Shown: piece by piece, positions 22,716 to 39,097 of the stretch
Layout of the letters: each line of letters starts with the position of its first letter
How positions within the stretch are numbered: the stretch's first letter is position 1
Source: the human T2T-CHM13v2.0 reference genome, Homo sapiens
DNA length: 64,000 nt
Assembly: GCF_009914755.1 (NCBI RefSeq)
Contig: NC_060947.1
Reading direction: 5' to 3' (one strand)
The notes under the pieces: model-generated
What the model was told of the DNA's origin: nothing
What the model saw: only the letters and a program-made list of their open reading frames with translations
The model's database searches: none
Program-made: the position numbers and the translations under genes

Positions 22716-22760
<45 letters not shown>
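22716..22760. repeat. Pure (TA)n microsatellite, ~22 units
   Basis: Seen directly. Confidence 0.97.
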
Positions 22761-22762
<2 letters not shown>

Positions 22763-22832
22763 TTTCTTTCCATCATTTTCCCCTATGAAATCATCCATAA
22801 AGTATCCTTTTATAACTATCTGTTGCCTGTGA

Positions 22833-23036
<204 letters not shown>

Positions 23037-23502
23037 TAGTACAGAAGGGGGTTCACCATCTCGCCCAGGCTGGTCTCGAACTCAGTTGATCCACCCGCCT
23101 CAGTCTCCCAAAGTGCTGGGATTACAGGCGTGAGCCACCGCACCCAGCCTGTCACTTTCCTTTTGGAGAATAAAACATATTGAGTCTTCTGCCAAAATGC
23201 AGGGGAAGCTGCACCCAGACAGGTAACAAAACATTATATATATATAGATAGGTTTTCTACATACCAATATTAACCATTTAGAAAACCAAATTGAGAAAAA
23301 ATACACTTATATAGTGACAAATATACATAAAATATCTAAAACCAGATGATTGGAGCAAGATGGCAGATAGATCCCATGCCCCACTCAACATTCCATTGAA
23401 CTGGGATGAAAATGTTTTCAAGGGTCAATCCTTAACAGTAGAGGAAAATAGGAAAACGTGCCAGTGGTCCACCAGAAATATCGAGGCATTCCTGGGAGAT
23501 AG

Positions 23503-23793
<291 letters not shown>

Positions 23794-26601
23794 TGACCTC
23801 AAGTGATCTGCCTGCCTCGGCCTCCCAAAGGGCTGATATTACAGTGTGGGTCACCGCGCCTGCCCAGGAGACGCTCTTTGTAACAAAGCCTCTGAAAATC
23901 CCCAAACCCTAAATCAAAAAAACACGGAGCTGGAAAGGGCCTTAGGATAATCATCAGGTAGGTTAATTTAAAAGTTCGTTAGAAACGTCTGAATCAGCCA
24001 GATTCCGCTCCAACACCACACTCAGATTGGCTGGCAGTAGCCACTTTTGTCTCTAAGATGAAACTCTGATAATTGTTCATTAAAGAAAGTGAAGGCCTGG
24101 CGAGGTGGCTCACACTTGTCATCCCAGCACTTTGGGAGGCTGAGGCAGGAGGATTGCCTGAGGCCAGGGTATCCAGACCAGCCTGGGCAACATAGTGGAT
24201 GCCGTCTCTATAAAAAAATACAAAAACTAGCTGGGTGTGGTGGCGTGTGCCTGTAGTCCCAGCTAGATCGGAAGCTGAAGTGGGAGAATCCCTTGAGCCT
24301 GGGAGATCCGGGCTGCAGTGAGCTGTGCTTGCATCACTGCGTTCCAGCCTCGGCGACAGACTGCGATTCTGTCTCAAAAAAAAAAGTAATGTATCAGGAC
24401 TTGGTGTAACTTCAGCCCTTTACAGTAATAAACAAGGAGGGAAACACATTTGTGGAGAGGGGACCATGTTCACTCTTTATCCATGATAGACAGATAGTCC
24501 GGAGCTTTATATACCCATGGAACCTAAGGAAAAATGTTCCCTTTCATGACTCACAATCTTCCAGCCACCCTTCCTTGTATCTGTCTTGTGGGCTCCGGGA
24601 ACCACCTTATGGATCCCATCATCCCAGGGAGAAAGAAAAATCAAATCCTTCATTATCTCTTTTGGGGTATGCGCTCCTCTAGTTGCATGGAGTTTAAGGC
24701 ACTCAATATCTAATAGCTGAATGTTACATTTGTGTAATACAGAACTATATTGGGATAAAACAGAATTTGTTTCCTCTGAGACACAGGTAGAGGCAGGTCC
24801 ACACTGACCTGGGTGGCAGCCACCTCTTCCTGAAGTGCCAGGCAGGGCATGCTCACAGATCTGGGGAACCTCTTGCTCCTGGAGCCCCACAACCTCCTTC
24901 CTGGCACCCTCTCCCTCTGGTGGCTGTGACAGCCCACACTTGGCCTTGGGTATCCCCTGCTTCTTTGCCTGCCCTTCTTCTGCCCAGGCTGCACATCTCT
25001 GTCTCCCACTGTCCCCACTATGTCCACGATTGCCTCTTCCTCCCTGCACTCTCCATCTCTAAGGGCTCCTTGTCTTGGAAAATGAACCCACAGCCTCTAC
25101 CTTGTGACTGGGGACAGAACCCGGAGTTTGTTCAATTCTCCCTCCCTCCACCACACACACCTGTCCTCCTTAATGTTTCTGAAGTCAGTGAGCTCCAAAC
25201 TCAGCTCCTCCTGCACCTGCCAGCTGTAGGACCTGTGACAAGACGCCTGCCATCTCTCTGGGACTCCGTCTCTCATCTGTCTTATAGGCATAATGATCAT
25301 AGTGTCCTCCTTCTAAGGCTGGGTAGAACCAGGAGGCCAAGGTGATGGGCCACCAACCGGCAAAACAGCTCCAATCCTGCCTCCATCTGGGGCTGGTGTT
25401 TCAAGTCCATGGTGTGTGAATGGAGCTTTGATGTCTCCATTCACACACAATGCTTTGTGCTAAAATAGACTCCCCTCTGCCCTTCCCTTCCCCACAACTG
25501 TTTCACCTCTGCACCATGCAATGGTACATGTGAGAAAGAACTGTCCCATTCCCAAATCATCGTCCCCACCCCAGCCCCCAGGCCCTTGGGTGGTGAGACC
25601 CTTGATGGGCGCTCTCATGCTTCTGTCCAGGAGACTTTCCCACCAGTTGCTCCCCTGCATGGAGACTAAGTGGACTCCTCTATTTCCTGTCCATCACAGG
25701 GTCTACAGTGCACGCATCTGCCTGATTCCTCCACTTTCCTCAGATGACAATTTCATCTGTGTCTCCTCCCACATCCACCCAAATGGACCCTTCCAGACCT
25801 TGAAACCTAAAATTTTTCAGAGAGAAAAGGCCAAGATGCCCAACCACCTGCTGCAGAATCCTGCTCCAGGACTGAAGTGTATAGTCTGTATCAAAATAAA
25901 AACTGGAGGCCAGGTGCTGCGGCTCACGCCTGTAATCCCAACACTTTAGGAGACCAAGGTGGGAGGATCGCTTTGGCACAGGAGGTTAACACAAGCCTGG
26001 GTAACATAGAGAGATTTTCTTGACAAAACCTTAAAAAAATTAGTGGGTCATGATGGTGCATTCCTGTAGTCACAGCTTCTCTGGAGGCTGAGGTGGGAGG
26101 ATCACTTGAGCCCACGAGTTCAAGGCTGCATTGAGCTATGATCATGCCACTGCACTCTAGCCTGGGAAGTGCAAGATCGCTTCTCTAGCAAAAATAAACA
26201 AACAAAGAAACCCAACAACTGGAAACATCCTCCTCTGGAATGGGGGTCAGGAACATCTGTCTGCCTTGTTCCTTGATGTCTCTCCAGCACCTAGAACAAC
26301 GTCCAGCACGAGAACACACTCATTAGTGTTTTGTTGAATAAATGACTCCTTTGACACAGCAATTCAACTTCTAAGAATCTTTCCTAAAGAAATATTCACA
26401 CACGTGCAGAGACCTGTGCGCACATTAATGAGAGGAGCAAACAACTGGGGAACGTTTGCAAAGGTGTATTAACTGTCAGTGACTGATACGGGGAATCAGA
26501 GGAGGGGAGTACATGCTGAACAGGAAACAGAGTGAGGGGGGCTTGACCAGGACGCATGGCAATGGGGAAAAGCAGATGGGAGATGCTTATACTGGTACTT
26601 G

Positions 26602-26641
26602 GTGTGTGTGTGTGTCTCTGTGTGTGTGTGTGTGTGTGTGT
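26602..26641. repeat. (TG)n in SSX9P 3'UTR
   Basis: Seen directly. Confidence 0.9.
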
Positions 26642-27360
26642 AAATGCAGAGGAGAAAATCGGAAATTAAACACTCAGAACTGCCCTCAGTAGTCACATCT
26701 GGGGAGAGAGGAAGGTAGTGCTGTTCTATGGAGAGAATACCTGACTATACTTGTTTTCTGAGGTAGGTGCATGGATACACAAACCGAAATACACATTAAG
26801 CATGTCTTGCTCATCAATGAAAACATTAATATCTAACAGAATTGCACACTATAAGAAAATACAACGGAAACACTAACATCGAACTCTTGGCACACTAAAA
26901 AATGAAGCTCAACTTTTCACTGTTGTGAACACTTGCTTTCACTTGCTATGCACCTGATGACGAGGGGTCCGCAGCCATGCCCACGTTCGTGAAAGGTCAC
27001 CACATTCTGCTTCTCATCATGGGCATGTGTCGTATCCCCGAGGCTGAGGCAAGAAGAGAGAAGGAAAGTAAGTGGCAGTGAGTTCCCACCACGTGACAAC
27101 TCAATCTCAACTCCTCCTGACCTGCAGACCTTGCACACTCTGATTCTGTCCTACCTCAGGACCTGTACACGCCTTCCACGGTTCCTCGAAGTGAACCATC
27201 TGCTCATGCCACAGTGACTTCTTTGCCTGGGTTATCCATTCCTAGGCTAGAGGAAGGTGTGGCCCACATACAGGGCTGACCTGGAGTTTGGAAACACACA
27301 GCATCCTGGGTAGGGAGCATCCCTGGATATACAGGGCAGGGAGTAAAAAGAGCTTGCGAA

Positions 27361-27659
27361 GACCAGGCGCGGTGGCTCACGCCTGTAATCCCAGAACTTT
27401 GGGAGGCCGAGGCGGGTGGATCACAAGGTCAGGAGACCGAGACCATCCTGGCTAACACGGTGAAACCCCGTCTCTACCAAAAACACAAAAAAAATTACCC
27501 GGGCGTGGTGGCGGGCGCTTGTAGTCCCAGCTACTGGAGAGGCTGAGGCAGGAGAATGGCATGAACCCGTGAGGCGGAGCTTGCAGTAAGCGGAGATCAT
27601 GCTGCTGTACTGCAGCCTGGGCCACAAAGGGAGAATCCGTCAAAAAAAAAAAAAAAAAA
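27361..27659 (+). mobile_element. AluY-like element in SSX9P intron 7
   Basis: gaccatcctggctaacacggtgaaacccc, gagaatggcatgaaccc, gcggagcttgcagt diagnostic features. Confidence 0.85.
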
Positions 27660-27817
27660 CGTGGGAAATCTCTCATCATTCGGCCTCAATGCTGTACCCT
27701 AGAAAATTATGAGAAGGGAATGATTTGGGGAACAAGTGACAGATGGGATACCAGTACCATAACAGAATACCACATCTGCAGGGATGTGGGGGATGAGCCG
27801 AAGGTTCACTTACGGAG

Positions 27818-27918
27818 TTACTCGTCGTCTTCTTCAGGGTCGCTGATCTCTTCATAAATCACCAGCTGCTTTCTCTCACGCAGTCTGTGGGTCCAGGCAT
27901 GTTTCCCCCTTTTGGGTC
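27818..27918 (-). CDS. SSX9P: SSX9P exon 7, SSX repression domain (SSXRD)
   Basis: [36 protein letters not shown] acceptor, GTAAG donor 4 nt after the stop. Confidence 0.94.
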
Positions 27919-28222
27919 CTGTGATGGAGAATAGTTGGAAAGTGAGGGTTGGGTAGGTTGGAGAGTGTTAGGCTCTGTTTTCTCAAAAAAAGGAGATGCC
28001 TCCCCCCTCCCAAGTGCCCATGGGCCTTCTTTATCCAGTTTTTCACATTCTCTGGCTTAGAGAGGCTGAGACCTTAGACCCACACCAATACAGGCCAAAT
28101 GCCAATTAAAGTTTTAGCTTCTGGCTGCTTCTGTTGTGGGGTTTAGATTCCCAACCTCTTCACTTACGGGAACATCCACCCTTACCTCCTTTCATTCAGC
28201 ACGTGTTTTTATTGAGGGCACC

Positions 28223-30234
<2,012 letters not shown>

Positions 30235-30629
30235 TACTGGGTATCAGGCATTGAGCTAAGTAAGATATGATCCCAGGTTATCAAAGATAGAATCGCTTGA
30301 GCACCTTTCATATCATCAGGCCTTCTAGATTAAATATAATACTTCCAAACAATTTATGAACTATGATTCTTTATTTCCATCTTATGGACTAGGAATCTGG
30401 AACTGAGAAAATTTGGAAGACTTGCCCCAAGTCACGTGTTTTTTTATATGGATGACAACTCCAGTCTGTATCTCTGGAAGTCCAGTCAAACATCTCATCT
30501 GGAGCTGGGTGAGCTCCTCAGCCCAGTCTGCACCCAGGCTTGTCTGGGATCCATGCCACACACCCAGTCCACACACCTGAACATAGCCAGGGAAGCCAGA
30601 GGGGTTGTTCCCAAATTATTTCCTCTTCC

Positions 30630-30765
30630 CAGATGCCTTGTTAATCTTCTCAGAGGTAGTTGGTTTTCCCGGGGGGCACAGCTGTTTCCCATCGTTCTGT
30701 AAGCCAGATGCTTCTGGCACTTCCTTCGAATCATTTCCTACCTCTGCTGGCTTCTTGGGCATGAT
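30630..30765 (-). CDS. SSX9P: SSX9P exon 6 ([12 protein letters not shown]...KASG), donor mutated
   Basis: 136 nt, contained in ORF 30616..30807. Followed by GGAAG instead of the GTAAG seen in the paralog at 55190. Confidence 0.92.
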
Positions 30766-31290
30766 CTTTATAATGTGAAGGTCACAGATAAACAGTATCG
30801 GTGACATTTCTACAGTGCTTTAGAGCTTACAAAGGGTCTTCACATGCATTACTTTAATCAATGTTCTCAACAATGCTGGGAGAGTTACACTTGCCTAAAT
30901 TAGGAGAAACCTGGGAGGTTAGATGGGAAAGGAATGGCCTATGTGAATATGGTTTCCAGGGCTAGAATGCTTATCTTCACACTCTTTTAAGACTGACATT
31001 CTTGCAAACAGCAAAAATCTCCATGTAATTGAGAGTTTGGTATACAAAAGATTGGAAGGAGGATAGCATTCTAAGAATTCATAAGGTCTACAAAAGGAAG
31101 AGCTTCTGTAAAATACAAGGGATCTCATATTAGCTCTTAGCTGCTGGGAGAGTAAATGTAAAAACATAGAGAGGGGACAAAACACTGCTGGGAAAGATGT
31201 TGTGGGGAGATGAATACAGGGACAGGAGAGGTAAAGAAATGGTTTGCTGAAATTAATCTAGGCAGCAAAGAAAGCAGAGGCACCAATTGA

Positions 31291-31667
<377 letters not shown>

Positions 31668-32711
31668 TCTTAATCTACTTTTTATTCAGCTTCCTCACTT
31701 ATGAAATAGTGAACAATACACATAAAATAGTCTACGGGAAAGTCCTCTCTGAGCTTGTAGACACTGTTTAAATGTAGTAATAATAACAATTAATACCTTT
31801 CATGATCCATCTTTGAATTCGGTCTCCACACTGGCAACCCAACTCCCAGATCCCTTTATCCTCTAAACCAGAGTTGGATCTGCAGTTGTGGGATCACTCA
31901 TTCAGGGGTCTTTGAGGGAACCCCTGGGCTGGAATGGGGGCTTCCGGGACGCCCCAGGTGCAGACAAGGTCCTCAAGGAGCTCACAGTAGGGAGGGGCCA
32001 ACAGTCAAAGCGATTCCTAAGCCATGCAAGTGGTCCCAGTAACAGAGCAGAGGCCAGCTGGTCCTTCCTGTTGCGAGAGCGGGTGTCTCAATGGAAGCAC
32101 CAGGAGGCCCTATGGGGTAAAGCCCTAGTGAGCAACATCTGAACTTCATAAACAAATGCAAACGTGAATGAGCTTTAAATGGCTTGGAGCTCTGGATTAG
32201 ACTACCACTGACACTGTGCCCCAGGAAAATTCTTTAACATCTCTGTACAATGATAGCCTCATTTTATTATTATGTTGCTGATAACTATGATCTAAAACAT
32301 GAACTATGATTCTTTACTTCCATTTCATGGACCAGGAATCTGGAGCTCAGAGAACTCAGAAGATTTGTGCCAAGTCACATGGCTTTTATATGGATGACAA
32401 CCGAAGTGTGTGACTCGTTATTATTTGGAGATAATAATAGAAACAACATCATAGAGGTCTTCTTAAGGATTAAATAAATTCATCCATGTGAACTGCTTAA
32501 AATAGTATCTGGCATCACTATGAAAACAAAAGATGTATTGAGGATCACAACTGTTAGTGTTATCAAGCTGTTGGTGCTACATCAGGTGTTGTGATAGATA
32601 TGGGGAGAAGAAGGCAGTGAGGGCATTTTTTATATTCTCCCACTCTTACCAGTGTTCCCATCTGTGGAGGGACAAAGGTTCTCTGGTCCTTTAGATTTGA
32701 GAGATACTCAC

Positions 32712-32761
32712 CTTCGGGAAGATTCCCTGGAGCCTGCCGAAAGTCATCTGAGAACGTTCAA
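32712..32761 (-). CDS. SSX9P: SSX9P exon 5 (VERSQMTFGRLQGIFPK)
   Basis: 50 nt, CAG acceptor and GTGAG donor. Confidence 0.92.
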
Positions 32762-34067
32762 CTGCAAGAGAATACATCAGAATTTTTCCTTGTTGGTAAA
32801 GATTTCCAAACTCTATAGAGACTTCTGTAGCATCAGGGTATTCTGCAGCAGAGGCTTATGAGTCCACTCATTGTTGAGGAGTTATTTCAGATTTGCTTCT
32901 GAATTATGTTTAGTAATGGTTGATTCATTTATCTGTGGCATCCATTCAGAATTTTCCATCTCATAGTTTATCAAATGTGGACTAAACCCCATCACAGTCT
33001 CATCTTATTACTTTACATATCTTTTACTTTTTTCCAAATAATTAAATTGATTGGTTAAGAATCTGAACTGTATCCACTCAAGATGTGCAATAACTGAAAA
33101 TCACTGTACACTTAAAATGGGTGAATCTTACGGTATGTGAATTAAGCTGTTAAATGTGTGATGAACCATGGATGATTTGGTCCAGTGGCTCTGAAATATT
33201 TTCAGTATAAAGACACTTCTTTAATGTCAAAATCTTGGCAGACACTCAAGCCCTGGATTTTCAGATCTCTTGTAGTGATCGTGGGAGATTGTAGAATCTG
33301 GCCTTTTTAGTTGGGGAGTAATAGGTCTATTGGAGATAGTTTGGACATTCTGACCTTGTCTTATAATTGTGTTGTCAGAGCAGAAGAGCAAGGAAACACA
33401 TATGCCCCCTTTATATTACTGAAATGTACAAAGATCTCTACCCAAGAACCTGTCTTTTTTTCACCCTGTGTTATCTCTGCTCTCTGACAAGTGGGAAAGC
33501 TCTCTGTGTGTGGGATGAGGGATCACTCTTTCAAACTCACTCCCGAGCTCATCACAGAGAATCAGGGTTCTTTGGGAATGAGAAGACTATTTGGTTTTGA
33601 TAAAATACAGAGAAACAGCGATCTTTATTACATAATGTGTTCATCAACCTCACTCCTAAGATACCTATCCAATACCTACATGCTGTTAATGAAACAAACT
33701 CTGGAAGTTTTTGGCAGATCTACACTAGTAACATTTTCTTTCTTTTTTTTTCTCTTGTAACATTATTTTAACAGTCCTTTGATTCATTAACAGTGCTTAG
33801 GAAGAACAACATGTCGTTTAAAAAAGAAATATTTCAAACACACAGAAAAGTATGGGGAATAATATTGAGTCCAGTCGGATCTCAACATTACCCCACAGCT
33901 ATGTTAGGTCTGATTTATTTATTCAGAATATTAGAAAAACTACAAACAGGCCGGGCGTGGTAGCTCACACTTGTAATCCCAGCACTTTGGGAGGCTGAGG
34001 TGGGTGGATCACCTGAGGTCAGGAAGTTTGAGACCAGCCTGGCCAACATGGTAAAACCCCGTCTCTA

Positions 34068-34229
<162 letters not shown>

Positions 34230-34602
34230 TCAAAAACAAAAACAAACAAAACACACTATCAACAAGTCACAGCTGAAGCTGTCTGTGCAGCACTCAGCAA
34301 TCCCTGCCCTCCCTCCCTCCTCCACTTACAGCCAGTCACCTCAATTTGATGGCTTTTTATTCACATTCATGTTTGTATACATTTACCATTTACTTATTAT
34401 CTATAAAAATATATATACTTGTTTTTCATGTTTTAAAATGTTACATGAATGGCCTCTGTCGTTAACTTTCTGCATGCAATTTTTTTTCACTCAGCCCTGA
34501 TGTGTATGAGGGAACAAATGCCTGAGGATCTTTCCCAGGTAACTGAGCTGAAAAGCAATTGGGCTTGATGAGACCCTTTCCAGCCCCTTCCCATCTACTC
34601 AC

Positions 34603-34698
34603 CCTGATTCCTGTGGTTACGGTCATTATCAAAATCATTCCCCTGGAGGTCTGTGGCCCCTGTATTACACATGAAAGGTGGGAGGGTAGCCTTGAAAC
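34603..34698 (-). CDS. SSX9P: SSX9P exon 4 ([12 protein letters not shown]...)
   Basis: 96 nt, TAG acceptor and GTGAG donor, open frame. Confidence 0.92.
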
Positions 34699-34726
34699 CT
34701 AGAAAGAAGCAAAATGTTTATTCCTA

Positions 34727-34981
<255 letters not shown>

Positions 34982-35225
34982 TCATCAGAACAGAAGCCTA
35001 AGGGAGAGAAACGTGCAGGATCCAGGTATGAGCTCCACTGTGGCCAGTCCCTGCCCTCAGCCCTGACAGGATACAGAAGAGCAGAACACCCAGAAGCTGC
35101 CTTGCGATTTTTCCCTGCACAAAAGGAAAATGTGGGGTACTTTCTGCAGCCTAAGAAGTAGCCAAAGCAGGAAAAGGGATGCTCATGTGTCCCCAGACTT
35201 GTCTGTACCTAGAACTTTCTGTTAC

Positions 35226-35340
35226 CTAGTTTAGTCATGGCCTCATACTTTCTCTTCATATACACATAGATGATTTTCTCCGAGGATTTCATCTTTTCCC
35301 ACTCTTTCTTAGAGAAGTATTTGGCAATATCATCGAAGGC
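35226..35340 (-). CDS. SSX9P: SSX9P exon 3, KRAB-related domain ([17 protein letters not shown]...)
   Basis: TAG acceptor, GTAAC donor, 115 nt, KRAB-A-like [11 protein letters not shown] motif. Confidence 0.93.
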
Positions 35341-35777
35341 CTAGGAAAAGATAAAAAAGGAATTTTGTCAGTGACTCAGCTAGACACGTCTGCCATTCAG
35401 CTGGAGCCGCCTCCTGTGTGCTGGATCTGGGAAGTGGGGATGATATTCCGTCCTGGTTGATGCCATGGCTAACTGACAGAACATGAGGGACCTTTCCTAG
35501 CTTCACCCCTGCCACACAGTAGGGCTTTAATGCTGCTGGCTGGCTCTCTTCCCACTTTCCAGAATGGACTGAGATTCACCAAATGTAGTGCACGGTCACA
35601 GACTTGTCTCCAAGGATGCTAGTTGATGATAGAGCGAGGATGGGAGGCTCTCAAGGGTCCAGATCTCCCCCAAGACCCTGCTCCTTGTCTCCAGTATCTC
35701 TGTCCTCCCCTCCTCAGAAACCGGTCACCCCACACTGTCCCCTGGGCCACTACTTTGCCCCCTCCAGGTCACCTCAC

Positions 35778-35846
35778 CTTTTGGATCTTCTCTGGTATTT
35801 GAGAACCAGCCCTAGGTCTCCTTGCAAAGGCATCGTCTCCGTTCAT
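35778..35846 (-). CDS. SSX9P: SSX9P coding exon 2 ([23 protein letters not shown])
   Basis: gccATG start, followed by GTGAG donor; characteristic SSX N-terminus. Confidence 0.93.
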
Positions 35847-36480
35847 GGCACCGGGAGCAGTCTGTCCTGCAAGAGAAACAGACCGAGTCTTTCCAGCCAC
35901 AGCAGCTTTGGTCTTGTGGAGGGAGAAATCAGTGAAGGCCGGCCACCCTCAGTCACCTGGAATCAGGTGCTTCATTTCTCCATCTGGGGCTTATCTGTCC
36001 CTGAGTAATGACATGGGGCGAAGTCAGATGAAAATAGGGAACCAGGGGTCTCTGGGAGAAGTATTGATTTGGGATGACAGGCTTCCTGTGGGCAAAGCAG
36101 CCTTGAGTCTTTGGGAGGGGGTTGGCTAATGTTGTTAGTAGTTTCCCTGGGGCCAGGCTTACCCTGAAAGATGTACAGACCCTTGTTGGGAAGGCAGAGA
36201 TGTGACTGTGTAATTTTATTCAGTGGGGGCATGCTGACACCCCCACTCAATAAATAAAGGAAGGGAAATGACTCCCAGAGATAACATGGTCTCTCTGGTG
36301 ATGGATCTGATCAGGCAGAGGGATGGGGGGTTCTGTTCTGTTGAAGAGAAATGAGCATGGCTAATATGAACGGATTTAGAGGCTATTACTGGGTGATTTG
36401 TAAATTATTAGAAGAAGAGAGCTAGAATTTCTGAGACTACAAGAGCCCGCCATCACTTAAAGAGAATGTAGGGAGTTTCA

Positions 36481-36606
<126 letters not shown>

Positions 36607-36628
36607 CTACTAAAACAACAACAACAAC

Positions 36629-36663
<35 letters not shown>

Positions 36664-37189
36664 TAACAGAAGCGGAGTGGTGTGCGCCTGTAGTCCCAAG
36701 GCCTACGTGAGAGGATCACTTGAGCCCAGGAGGAAAGATTTGAGTGAGATTTTTTGTTTGTTTGTTTGTTTGTTTGTTTTGAGTCATGGTCTCTCTCTGT
36801 TGCCCAGGCTGGGATGCAGTGGTGTGATCATGCCTCACTGCAACCTCCGCCTCGTGGGTTCAAGTGATCCACCAGCTGTGGCCTCCAAAACTGGAGTTAC
36901 AAGCGTGAGCCACCGTACCCGGCCCAAATTTGTTAAGTTACTAGAGTTCCCAGGAAAAATCCCATACCTGAAAAAGTTAGAAACTGACAGGAAGGATTTG
37001 AGATGGCGACCTGCCTCACATACACTCCTTATTAAAACTAGATAACAAATGCACCGCGGAGGAGGGGAGGGGTAGGAAGAATGGAAAAAGAAAATCAGCG
37101 CATGCTTACTCTGATTTTGGAAGAATCGAAAGAGAAAATCAGACCGTGCGTACTCTGAGTATGGAAGAATCGAAAGAGAGAGAAAGTCA

Positions 37190-37400
37190 GAGCATGCATA
37201 CTCTGAACTTAAAGTAGCCAATCCCGGGGGATGCTTTAGGCGGGAAAATCAGGGTCTCCACCCCCAGTTAGAAAGTTCTGTCCCTGGAGGCTGGACTGAT
37301 AGACGCCACATCAGCTTTGCTTATCCCGCCTACTGTTCTGACTTCTGATTGGCCAGATGGAGTTCACCGACTGCCCTGATTGGTCCATCATCCTTGCGCA
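37190..37400 (-). promoter_or_regulatory. SSX9P core promoter with CCAAT boxes and E2F-type GGCGGGAAA site (37239-37247)
   Basis: Lies immediately upstream of exon 1; agccaatc, tgattggcc and tgattggtc motifs are conserved with 10060-10240. Confidence 0.6.
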
Positions 37401-37829
37401 GTGACATTGCACAATATTGTCTCCTCCTCCAGCAACACTTTGTTGCCACTGGGACAAAGTGGGTGGTCCTCAGGCGCCGTCAGATTTTGAACTCTCTGAA
37501 GACCATGCCTGGATCTCGGGTTAAAAATCTGGATTCTAGTCTGAACAGCGAGAAGAAAAAAATAGTCGGATCTGTGATTTTTCTACTTGAAAGACACAAT
37601 GTTTTCCAGACTAGCACATTTGCAGAGCTTTGCTGTACTTAGTCGTGGCTTTCATTCTTCAGTGGCTTCTATATCTGTTGCCACTGAAAAAACAGTCCAA
37701 GGCCCTCCAACCGCTGATTACATTTTTGAAAGGGAATCTAAGTGTGGTGTGCACAATTAGCATCCTTACCTGTAGCCCTGGAGAGACGAAAATGTATTTA
37801 CTTAACGGGATGTGATTGTGGTATTGGTT

Positions 37830-38860
37830 ACATCCGCCTTGGCCAATCTTCCCGCCTCGGTCTCGTGACTACAGGCGGGAACCACCCCACCCCCACTCAT
37901 ATTTTTCGTTTTTTGATTTTTTAAAAGAGACAGTTTCGCTATGTTGGTCAGGCTGGTCTCCACGTCCTGGGCTCAAGCGATCCTCCCGCCTCAGCCTCGG
38001 GACTACAGGCATGCACCACCTTGCCCAGGCTTTTTTTTTTTTTAAGTAGAAACCATGTTTCGCTATGTTGACCAGACTGGCCTCAACCTCCTGGGCTCAA
38101 GGGATCCTTCCACCACAGCCTCGGGACTTCAGGCATGCACCACCCGGCCCACGCTTTATTTATTTATTTATTTTTTAGTGGAAACCAGGTTTCGCTATGT
38201 TGGCCTGGGCTCAAGGGATCCTCCCGCCTTGGCCTGGGGACTACAAGCATGCACCACCCTGCCCACCCTATTTTTTTTTTTTTTTTTTTTGCTTCTTTGT
38301 TTGTTTCTTTCTTTAGTAGAAACCGGGTTTCGCTATGTTGCCCAGGCTGGCCTCAATCTGCTGGGCTCAAATGATGCTTTCACCTCGGCCTCAGGAATAC
38401 AGGAGTGTGCCATTCTTCCTGCTCATTTTAATTTTATTTACTTATTTATAGGAAAGACAGGCTTTCGCTTTGTTGGCCAGGCTGGTATTGACCTCCTGGG
38501 CTCAAGCAGTCCTCCCACCTTGGCCTCGGAACTACAGGGGTGAGCCATCCCACCCACGCAATTTTTTTGTTGTTCTTGTTGTTAGTAGAAATGGGGTTTC
38601 GCTATGTTGGCCAGGCTGGCCTCGACCTCCCAGGCTCAAGCAATCCTCCCGCCTCAGCCTGGTGACTACAGGCTCACACCACCCCACCACCACTAATATT
38701 TTTAATTTTTCTAGTAGAGACAGTTTTGCTATGTTGTCCTGGCTGGTCCCTACCTCCTGGGCTCAAGCGATGCTCCCGCTTCGGCCTTGGGACTACAGGC
38801 ATGCACCACCCTGCCTTTTGCTATTTTTCCCAGGCTGGTCTTGACCTTCTGGGCTCACTC
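37830..38860 (-). repeat. Paralogous tandem Alu-monomer array, ~8 units
   Basis: gactacagg-like anchors at ~37866, 38000, 38123, 38237, 38393, 38528, 38662, 38789. Confidence 0.85.
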
Positions 38861-38969
38861 AATGATTTGAACCTGGGAAGCCGAGGTTGCATTGAGCTGA
38901 GATCACACCACTGCACTCCAGCTTGGGCGACAGAGCAAGACTGTCAAATAGATAAATACATCCATACAT

Positions 38970-39029
38970 GAAAGAAAGAAGAAAGAAAAGAAAGAAAGAA
39001 AAAGAAAGAAGGAAGGAAGGAAGGAAGGA

Positions 39030-39097
<68 letters not shown>

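Noticed and set aside
24507-25345. 140-180 aa ORFs conserved with 60103-60943
   Set aside because: Similarity is explained by segmental duplication; frames shift between copies and no domain is recognisable
39008-39030. GGAA run as an EWS-FLI1 enhancer
   Set aside because: Only ~5 consecutive GGAA units; the rest is GAAA
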